DNA from: a virus
Direction: 5' to 3' (one strand)
DNA length: 64,000 bases
IMG/VR virus record: IMGVR_UViG_3300023184_000045
Location: 1-64,000 of that record
Numbering within the stretch: the stretch's first letter is position 1; each line of letters starts with the position of its first letter. The notes below the pieces were generated by a model. That model saw only the letters and a list, made by a program, of their open reading frames with translations, was not told where the DNA came from and ran no database searches. Both the position numbers and the translations under genes were made by a program. Of the stretch, positions 47,735 to 57,800 are shown one piece after another.

Positions 47735-50700
47735 TTACATTATATAAACGCATTTAGGTGGACCTATTTGCCCAGTCTGAGTCATTAAAGTATATGTAAA
47801 ACTATCAAGCCCTTCATAATCGGGAAACGGCACATAGGCAAACTTTTTTCTATCACTTGTTATACGCACATATCCGTGTTGTGGTTGAGATATTACTATT
47901 GGCTCTGAATACTTACCAACACCAACTCTAACATTTAAAAAACTGTTATACAAGTTAATAGCTTTTGTATCAGTTGCATCTACGACCACTGGATTGTTAG
48001 TAACTTTAGCATATGTAGGTGCATCGGGACTACCAGGGGCCCATCTGCCACGAGTGAATCGTTGCGTAAAAGTATCATAGTTTTGTATATTATCAATATC
48101 AATTACAGTAGCATTAACCGACACGTCCGGAGATGTATCGCATATAACTGTTACTATTCCGTATACTTCTTTTTTAAAAATTATTTTATTATCAAATGTA
48201 ATATTAAAAGTTTCAAACGGCATAGCCGACGTTTTTTCAGTTGCATAATGATAATTCAGTATTCTGGTTCCGTTAACTGGCGGAACATTACCTACTATAT
48301 TATAAAACGTAGGATTTATCAGTGGCACTAAATTTCCTGTTATATCCAATGCCTTAGGTATTGGCGGAAATATATCTACAGCAAATGGTGTTCCGTCTGC
48401 TGCAATTTCAAAATTAATTTCGCAATACGAATTATACGAACTGCACACATCCATTTGTGCAAAATCGTCTATCATTTTAAGATTATTAACACCTCTAGTA
48501 TTCCATATTATGGCGCCTGCCGGATTTGTCACTGTTGCTGCTACACCATTAATTTTATATTCAATTTCTTTTACACTCGACGTTGCCCATATTCTATTTC
48601 CGCTAGCATCTTTAATCACAGCACCTATGCCTGCTTGCGCAATTATATTCGATGCTGTTATTTTAATTATCCATATGCTAGCTTCCATAAAACTAGAACT
48701 AATAAACGCATTTTGATAGTTGTCACTGATCTCGGTTTGATTAGTTTCAACTATTAGTTCAAAATCAGAACTTAAATTGTTTTTATTTTTTATATATAAA
48801 CTTCCTATGCCGTCGGCTGAAAACTCAAATGTATATGTTTCGCTGCGAGGGATTATAACTTCCCAAATATAATCACCGTTGCCGTCCCAAACTCCGTATT
48901 CAGTTATTAAAGTATTCCAATTGCTATTTGACACCTTAGTTGCAGGATAATATTCTTTTGATTTAATCAATCTATTATAATCTGCTGCAAATATTTTAAT
49001 TTTATACCAACCACAATTATCAATATAATATGCAGTTGAATTAACAGTACTGTACTGGTCGTTAGGGGATCCAACTGTTTTAATAATTTCTATATTTCTT
49101 GCCTGCCCCGAAATTCCAGAACTTGACTGTAATTGTAAATTTGCTGTGCTATCTGCAGATATTGAAAAAACATATGTATCTGCTTTGGGTATAAACAAGT
49201 CCCATTCATAATATTTGTAATTCCATTTTAAACTAGATGTAATATTCTCAATTGTAAAATTAACCGAATCCATACCTGTTAATTGATCGCCTACCGCAAA
49301 TACTAAAATAGAAGTGCTAGTAAAAGTGTCAGGAACAACTAAAGTACCAACTTGAGAATCGCTATTTCTGCCAGATGTTGAATATATATGATGATATAGT
49401 GTTTCTGTCAGTGGCAACGTTACTCCTAGGGCAACATCCCATATCCAATATCCAATCCTAAAATAGTATTCAGCGTTAAACTCACATGCCCAAGGAATGT
49501 AATCACCAGATTCAACTATTCGCATTTGATTAATTGGTGTTGTAATTCCAAACTTCAATAAGTCAGCCGCAGTAACATTGTATCCAACTAATACTATATC
49601 TTCTGTAGAAGCAGCTCCTGTTACAGGAGTTAAATTTTTAATTAATGGAATAATTCCATTGTTAAATTCTATGTTAGTCCAAATACTTTCAGCGGGCGTT
49701 GTGATCATATCATTTGTAATGTCGCCGGACGTTTTGGCTACATTCCAAATACTAAAATGTGTAAGGTAGCCAGAGAATTGTGTTGTTGCATCTAGTTTTT
49801 TATTTCCTATTATTAAAGGGTTTGCACTAGCTTCGGATGTACGCACAATGTCGGATATTGTATCAATCAGGACTCCGTCAATATAAACTCTCAGGGTAGT
49901 GCCATTTTCTATTACCACTGATAAAAATGTGTTAACATTTGGGTAAATAGTTGCAGTACTATAATACCAAAATTCATCAATAGCATTGATTCCCCAATCT
50001 ATAGCAACTGAAATTTTTCCATTTGCCTCAATATAAATTTCGTATTCGTTATTTTTACTTGCAATTACTCCGCCTTTTGTTGATGTTCTATGCACCCAAG
50101 TTTGTATAGTGTAAGAACCAGTAGGATTAAAAGACAAATTAATCTTAGGCGAACTATCAACTGTAACAAAACCAACAGTGTTATTTGTACCAAATTTTAT
50201 TGCCATCTCGGATCTGTTAGGTGGTACAGCAAATGTAACATTATTTGATATAGTAACAGTTGCAGTAGGCTCGATTAAATCTATTAGATTATCGGCTGCA
50301 CTATTTACTTCTAACTGTAATAGTGGACCCAAAGTTGTTATTGTTAGTGTCCCCGATGCTACGCCACTTGTACTGCCACCATCTAATATTCCAGTTTTAA
50401 TTGTATACGTATTTTCAAAAATTCCTGATATGTTGCTTTCCCACACACTATACGTATTCAATAAAGTAGACCAATTTGGTGTTGTGGTTGTTACTATCTG
50501 GTATTGGTTGGCTCGTTCTCTATGGTTTGTTCCTACAATACCAACATTATTGTTATGCAAAATTGTGTTTTGATCAGTCGCATCATTGCATCCGCCGTAT
50601 GCTTCAATTCCGTTACCTTTTCCACACCCTGGAATTCCTACCAGGATATACGATGATCTAATTTTAAACAACGTAGATTCAAAAATTTCTTCGCTTGCAC

Positions 50701-51841
50701 CACATCGATACATAGCTTGAATTAATAACGGATCCAATCTATTAATCTTAGGATCGTTAAACGTGGTAATTATTACAATGTATTGGTCTGACGTTGCATT
50801 AAGTGTTGCGGCTAATTTTTTAGCTTCGTTGGGGTCAACTGACAAATTAAAATTTTTGTTGTATACTAATTTTCCAGTTTCTCTGAATATTTTTGATAAG
50901 TTATATGTGTCAGTTGTGGCTACTAATTTAGTATCTGTTTTACTATTATACACGCCAGCTTGTAAAATTCCGTTAGTGTCTCTAAGGCCGCGCGAAACAG
51001 CACGATAAGAAACATTATCACGCAAGTATAGCTCTAACCATCTATAAGAAAGAGGAGTAAAAGATAATTTTATTTCTTTTTCTCCATCTAAATAAAATTT
51101 TTCTTGATGATCTTTTCTATACCATTTATAAGGTGCTGGTGTTGTGCCAATATGTTTTAATATTGCTGCATTTACTTTTGGTGACAAACAAATGTCTACT
51201 ATATTTAAATATCCTAGTTGTCGAGGGTGAATACCGTCGGGCATGCTTCCTACCCACACACTGTTTAACTCGTACGCGTCGGCTATTAAATCTCCATAGA
51301 TAGCAGCGACTTGCCGCATTGCTATTGCATAAGGTTCTGTATTCCAATAGTAATTAAAGATAGGAGTCTGCCATATCATTTTCTGATCAGCTCGTAGTCC
51401 TTGTCTCAATGCAATTAAGTTATTTTTATATTCAAGGACCGGAATACCAAATTTAGCATCATTTAATCCGTGATTTATTACTACAATATTAGCTTCAATA
51501 GCGTCAGGCCAGGCTTCATTTACGCCGTCGGTGCCATTTAACAAATCGCCACTGGTACTATTGCCTTGCGATCGTGTAGTAATAATAAGTTTATATTGTG
51601 GTAGCAATCGAGTCAATAGCTGGGCAGGTGGCTCGGGGACTCTGGCAGTTATTGTATCTTCATTATTACAGACTCCGCATCTTGGTGCTAAAGAATCGGG
51701 ATCGCGCCCGCACATAATACTATCACCAAACAACTCAATGTGTATAAAGTCGTCAATTGAGGATGAAATTGACGCAACATTCATCCCTATATCGACGGTT
51801 TTAGGTACAATTACCTGGTGATTTGGTACAAGTAAAGCCAA
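47735..51841 (-). CDS. 1368-aa virion enzyme/adhesin: SGNH/GDSL esterase, ILEI/PANDER-like domain, LamG, PA14-like repeats, C-terminal Ig (Big_9-like)
   Basis: TTG start with GGAGG SD overlapping the upstream QGG* codons. FGDS, GLND and DGIH catalytic blocks; IVIITTFND..RSSYILVG..G (ILEI); QPQHG...YVP..DYEGLDSFTY (Big_9-like). Confidence 0.88.
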   Translation of the reverse strand: MALLVPNHQVIVPKTVDIGMNVASISSSIDDFIHIELFGDSIMCGRDPDSLAPRCGVCNNEDTITARVPEPPAQLLTRLLPQYKLIITTRSQGNSTSGDLLNGTDGVNEAWPDAIEANIVVINHGLNDAKFGIPVLEYKNNLIALRQGLRADQKMIWQTPIFNYYWNTEPYAIAMRQVAAIYGDLIADAYELNSVWVGSMPDGIHPRQLGYLNIVDICLSPKVNAAILKHIGTTPAPYKWYRKDHQEKFYLDGEKEIKLSFTPLSYRWLELYLRDNVSYRAVSRGLRDTNGILQAGVYNSKTDTKLVATTDTYNLSKIFRETGKLVYNKNFNLSVDPNEAKKLAATLNATSDQYIVIITTFNDPKINRLDPLLIQAMYRCGASEEIFESTLFKIRSSYILVGIPGCGKGNGIEAYGGCNDATDQNTILHNNNVGIVGTNHRERANQYQIVTTTTPNWSTLLNTYSVWESNISGIFENTYTIKTGILDGGSTSGVASGTLTITTLGPLLQLEVNSAADNLIDLIEPTATVTISNNVTFAVPPNRSEMAIKFGTNNTVGFVTVDSSPKINLSFNPTGSYTIQTWVHRTSTKGGVIASKNNEYEIYIEANGKISVAIDWGINAIDEFWYYSTATIYPNVNTFLSVVIENGTTLRVYIDGVLIDTISDIVRTSEASANPLIIGNKKLDATTQFSGYLTHFSIWNVAKTSGDITNDMITTPAESIWTNIEFNNGIIPLIKNLTPVTGAASTEDIVLVGYNVTAADLLKFGITTPINQMRIVESGDYIPWACEFNAEYYFRIGYWIWDVALGVTLPLTETLYHHIYSTSGRNSDSQVGTLVVPDTFTSTSILVFAVGDQLTGMDSVNFTIENITSSLKWNYKYYEWDLFIPKADTYVFSISADSTANLQLQSSSGISGQARNIEIIKTVGSPNDQYSTVNSTAYYIDNCGWYKIKIFAADYNRLIKSKEYYPATKVSNSNWNTLITEYGVWDGNGDYIWEVIIPRSETYTFEFSADGIGSLYIKNKNNLSSDFELIVETNQTEISDNYQNAFISSSFMEASIWIIKITASNIIAQAGIGAVIKDASGNRIWATSSVKEIEYKINGVAATVTNPAGAIIWNTRGVNNLKMIDDFAQMDVCSSYNSYCEINFEIAADGTPFAVDIFPPIPKALDITGNLVPLINPTFYNIVGNVPPVNGTRILNYHYATEKTSAMPFETFNITFDNKIIFKKEVYGIVTVICDTSPDVSVNATVIDIDNIQNYDTFTQRFTRGRWAPGSPDAPTYAKVTNNPVVVDATDTKAINLYNSFLNVRVGVGKYSEPIVISQPQHGYVRITSDRKKFAYVPFPDYEGLDSFTYTLMTQTGQIGPPKCVYIM

Positions 51842-51844
51842 CGG

Positions 51845-54800
51845 TTATCCTCCTTGAATATACCAGGTTACTGGGAATATTCTTCCTTTTTTAGGTACAC
51901 AGAAATGATGTTCGTTAAAGTAAATACGATAATTCCAGTAATCGGTTGTTGCAATTTTTATTGCATCTGCTGAATAGTATTTACTCGCTTTATCCATTGC
52001 ATCCTCGTAGGTTAGATATGCTTTGTCACCAATATATGTATATTCTTTTGTATATTCCATCATTGGCAATGTAGCCGATGAATTAATCAGACCAATTCCT
52101 TGACTTTGATTAGCAAATATACTTATGTATGTATTAAACACGCCGCCAATGTCAATCTGATCAGTGCCCCAGAATACTTCTTGATCTAATTCAAATGTCA
52201 CACGGTAATTTATTAATCTTTCAGCGTCAAGTTCAGGAACAATTTGGTCTGACACTAAATGTTCGTCTTCAACTACCAATTGGAAATTAGTATTGTCTAC
52301 TAGATGTTCGTCTTCGACTATCAGTGGGAATTTGTTAATTGTTAATAAATTTTCAGCATCAAGTTCCGGCGGCAATTCTGGTAGTACCAGATGTTCAGCA
52401 TCAAGTTCCGGCGGCAATTCTGGTAGTACCAGATGTTCAATTTCCATTTCTAGTGGAAAAGATTTAAATGTTGTAATTGATTCAATTTCCAATTCTGCCA
52501 ATGGTCTATTTGTTACTCCGTGTTCAAATTCTAATACTGGTGGCAGGTCTTGGAATACTAAATGTTCATTGTCTAAATTCATTGATGGCATGTTACCTGC
52601 TAATACCGTTTCAAATTCTAATACTGGTGGCAGGTCTTGGAATACTAAATGTTCATTGTCTAAATTCATTGATGGCATGTTACCTGCTAATACCGTTTCA
52701 AATTCTAATTCTATATTAGGTGCTAGTGTATCAATGATTGTTTCAATGTCTAATACCGGCGGTAAGGCCTTTGTTATTAAATGTTCAACGTCTATTTCTA
52801 CTGTAGAGGACGCAAATAGTTCGCTAAAAGTAGCTGCCCCTGTTGATAAAGGTGCATTAAACATCTCTGTTATTTGAGGTATTAATACTATATCCATTTG
52901 TGTTAGCGATTCAGATTGATGCAAATCTGGATTAGATTCAATTTTATCGCTTACGTTAATGGTATAGTTTGATTCGCTGATAACATCCCCAGTCTGGTGT
53001 GTGTTTAACGTCATTGGTACTGTTATTGATGTCTCAAACATCTTAATGTTTCTTTCAGTAACAAAAGTATACTCCACTGGGAACGCAGCCGGGCTAGCAT
53101 AACTATATGGGAAATTTAATACATTTTTAAGTGGCGCAATTTTTAGATACGAATACTTCATACCAATTGCAGCAACAAACTTAAACGGTTTAACATACGA
53201 GTAATTTTTGTCCAAAATAGACATATACTTGTCTGACTTTAAGTACGAGTAATTTTTAGTTAAAGCAGATTTATATGTATCCGACTCAATATACGAATAT
53301 AAAGCATACGGTATTGATGCGTAAGGAATTGATTTAAGTAACGAATATGTTGATCCGGGCGCTGCCGTATATGCGTTAGATTTTAAGTAGGCATAGGTTG
53401 CACCCAGTGCTGCCGTATATGCATTGGATTTTAAGTAGGCATAGGTTGCACCCAGTGCTGCCGTATATGCATTGGATTTAAACAAAGAATAATTTGCGCT
53501 TGGTACCGCTGTATATGCATTGGATTTAAACAAAGAATAATTTGAACCCAATGCTGCTGTATATGAATTAGATTTTAAGTAGGCATAGGTTGCACTCAGT
53601 GCTGCTGTATATGCTTTGGATTTTAAGTAGGCATAGGTTGAACCCAATGCTGCTGTATATGAATTAGATTTTAAGTAGGCATAGGTTGAACCCAATGCTG
53701 CTGTATATGAATTAGATTTTAAGTAGGCATAGGTTACACTTGGTGCCGCTGTATATGCTTTGGATTTTAAGTAGGCATAATTTGAACTCAATACTGCTTT
53801 GTATGCTTTGTATTTTAAGTAGGCATGATTTGCACTTAACAATGCTGCGGTGTACGTAATTGATTTAGCAAGTGAAGCTACAGAAAAAAGATTAGATACT
53901 AAAGGATTTTTAAAAACTGATGTTGCTGATAGCACTAATTTTGTGTTTAACTTGATACCAAATAAATTTACAGTTGATAATACAATATTCTTTTTAGGCG
54001 CAAAGCCTGTAGTCCAATTTGAAATAGCAGGCATCCGTGGTATATTTTTTATAGAAGTATTGTTGTCAATTAAATTAGTGGTTAACTTTTTTAATGCCAG
54101 TAATTGGTCTTGATCAACTACTGGCATAAGGGTAGATAGATTGTTAATGTTTTTTAACTCTGGTATTTCTGGGGTTAATAAAGTGTTGACTAAATTTGTT
54201 TGTGGTAACATTGATTGTGGTGCGCTAATAACTTTATTTTGCATGTTCCAAATACCAATTGGTATATAGACATTGCTTGATATAGCTGAATCAAATTTAA
54301 CTTGATAAATTGTAACTGGCGGCTCAGAATAATTAGCAATCAAGCGCGATATTGATATTTTGTTGCCATTGGTAACATTTGTTACATAACTACCTTTATC
54401 TACTCCGTCAATTAATATATTGGCATAAAGCGTATCAATATATAAATTACCAATGACTGTAGTACTTGCGGCCAATGTTATTTGGCTTGTAACAATGACT
54501 TCATTGGTAACTGTTACTGCATAATCAACTGTAGTATAAGTTTGTTGTCTAGCATAAGGATCAATTAAAGTTCCAAAATTTAAATAATCAAATACAGGAT
54601 TTTTTCTTGTTCTAACAGATATACGCAATGCTTGCGACGAACTGGTAATTATTATATCTCGCGAATCGTAAATAGCAAACGAAGTTATGATATTATCAAC
54701 ATCAATTTGGTCGCCGGCATTAAAATAATAATACTGCCCAGGAACAAGCCGTTGTCTGAATACATCTAAATTTGTCAGATAAAATTGAAGATCGTTGCCC

Positions 54801-57800
54801 GCATTGCTAACTTTTCTGTAATATTCTGGTATATAATACAAATCATCTATTGGTACAATTGCTGTTGCACTCATGTAAATGCCAAGGTCCTGGTCATCGT
54901 ACAAAAATAAAGTTTCAAAAATTGGATTTATTGCAGCATCTGACACCATTGGCAATACAATTTGTAATTCTGCAATACTAAGCATAGGTGCAACAACACT
55001 CAACGATAAATTATACGGAATAGTTAAAGAAATTACATCATTTTTTTGCAAGTATCTTGTACCAGTATAATCTGCACCGTTGACCGTAAGTTGCCCAAAA
55101 CTTGAAGCAATTAGAACATTGGCCCCAATTGGAAAATCTTGTGCTACAAAAAGTTCAACTTTGGATTCATTAGAGAATAATGGGGTCGATTTAAAAATTT
55201 CAAGTTGACCGTACGGAACATACCCTGAAGAATTTTCTGTAAAACCGCCTGCACCTAATAGGCTCCATTTTCCGTCGGCTATATCACTAGTGAATAACAC
55301 ACTAGTTTGAGTAGATGCGTGAGTTGAAATTGATGCACGTACCGAATCGTCTGATGAAATACCAATAATTCTAGACTGTGTATGATTATCGTTGTTATAA
55401 AAAAATTCTGCATATTGATAAGACAAACCACTATAAAATCCCACTTCGTAAGTACGTTCAATTAATGGAATTTTTGTTTTAAATAACAACGATGTGCCAG
55501 ATGATAATGTTTGAGGAGTATCAATGATTACAACTTGTTGTTGTATATTCAGTGGGCCTGTTATCAAATTGGCAACGCTATTAAGTGTTAATTCATCAAT
55601 TGAAAATCGAACAGTATCATTTGTAGAAATATATTGAGCAGTTATAGCACTTGCAAAATTTATTGCAGTAGTTGTAGTATTGAATTGATCGTTGACGCTA
55701 ACTGTTAAATTAGTATCAAATACTAATGCATAGTCAGTTGATACTATTTTCTTTTGTAAGATATAAACGTCATACAAAGGTACGTATTGATTTTCGTAAA
55801 CTTTATCGTAATCGGTTTGACTAACATATACCGTATTAGTTTCAGCAGGCACTCCGGTTATAGTTATAGTGTTTGTTGTAGAATTTATGCTTGTTACATT
55901 GGTTATATCAGTGGTTGTTGCCGGATGCGACAATAAAAGCATTGTAGCTGTTGCTGCAACAGCAGCCGACGGTATTCCATTTAAATCACTTAATTGTGCC
56001 TTTTTAAACGACTGAGTGGGTACAGCAAAGTCTGCTGTATACACTGCAACTCCTGCTACCAATCTAAGATTTGATATATACCCTTGAAAGTATTTTGCCG
56101 GTGCTGAATTATTATAACCAATGGATGCAGCAGTCATTGAGTTGTTCCATGTTCCTGCTAACGTCACACTGCCAACATTGACACCATCAAGATACACATT
56201 CATTGTATCATCTACATTAACAAAAGCAATATGAGCCCAATTATTTTTATTAGGTATTGTAGCAGATAAAAATGTATAGGTACTAACGGATCTATTACTA
56301 AACAAATACCCAGTGCTTGTTATAGACCAAATCATATTACCAGATGGTCCCATTGCAGACACTATCGGAATTGCAGTACTAATAGAATTTCCTGCACCTG
56401 GGTCGCTAGTTCTATATATCCAACATTCAATGGTGTAATTACTTTCAGTGCTAGTCCCCAAATTGTTTACTATCCAAGCCGGAAAACTTAAATATTGGTT
56501 AGTGCCATTGAATGTATATCTCCCAATTATACCAATTGGGCCTGCCGTTGTTAATCCAACACCGCCATAATTTATTATTTCTGCAGCATTGTCCGATCTA
56601 TCTATTATAATCCCAATGTTATCCACAGTTGTGGCTAGCATTTCAGTGCCGGTTAGTGCCCCTTCCTGAATAATTCTAGCACTAGGAGTTCCGTTAATGT
56701 TAGGTTCTTGCACAGCAGTCAATGGTATTGTTGACGGAGTAAAATCTGCTGTATAAACTTTTACATTATTGACTAAACGAAAATTACTTATATATCCATT
56801 GAAATATAGAGCATTTCTAACTATATCTAATCCAAATGTATAAGTAGCTTGAGTTGCATATGTGCTTCGATTAATCAACGTAAATTCAGATGTTCCAATA
56901 CCATCAACATACATTTTAGATGTTTCTGTAGTCAACGAATCATTGATATTATTTCTACCACCAACTATGGCAATATGAACCCATGTATTAATTGGAATAA
57001 TAGATGTAGTGAATAATTGGCTAGTGACGCCAATTGGACAATCTATTAGAATTTGTCCTGTACCAGGTGCCCTAAAAAGTGCCCACTTTTGGAGAGTGAC
57101 CATTCCAGGGTCAACAGACAATATACATTGAATAGTAGTATCATTAGTTACATAACACCAAAATTCTATAGTCCAACAGAACACTCCTGCGGCTACTGTA
57201 CCACCGAGACTTGCATCAAAGCGATTTGCACCATTAAACAACATACTACCAGTATTTGCAAACGGACCAAACGATGTTGGAATACAAGAATAAGTAGAAC
57301 TAGATATTGTTGGGCCTGTCCGACCTTTGTTAATAAAACCAGATAATGTTTTAGTAGGTAAATTTGGAAGACCAATTACATAATCAGCAGTAATAGAGTT
57401 ATCAATTGCGCCATCAACATATAAAGTAGTTGCAGCCGGGTTTACATATAATAATCTATCTGCGGTTGGTATTCCTGTTCTATAGTACCGTGAAGAAGTT
57501 GTTGCAGTTAGTGTATGATTTACTGTAGCCAATACATTTGATACCGTTGATGCTGTTTGTAGTGTTGTTATATCAAAGTCTGGAGTTGCCAATATAATTT
57601 TATTATTACCAGCATCAATTTTTCTTGCTACAACATGATATAATATACCCAGCTCGTATGCTGAAACACGAGTTGAAACTGTAATTCCTGTCCCACTGAC
57701 ATAGTCGCCGACATTTGTACTTGATGTGTTAGATACTATTAATCTAGTTGATGATGTTATACTTGACAATAACGAAACTAGGTTACCAGCTGGGTATGGC

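Noticed and set aside
47675-47750. Alternative frame (RLYNVIGAITYTYDLDVNIFDGDII*) whose TGA overlaps the next ATG, hinting at a second frameshift
   Set aside because: The annotated 1368-aa frame ends naturally after a complete Ig-like module; the 25-codon frame can be chance, and homolog alignment would be needed.
53340-53830. 48-bp periodic array with a conserved ~22-bp core, resembling a CRISPR array
   Set aside because: The variable parts are near-copies of each other, the period is a multiple of 3 in an open frame, and no cas genes or leader are present.
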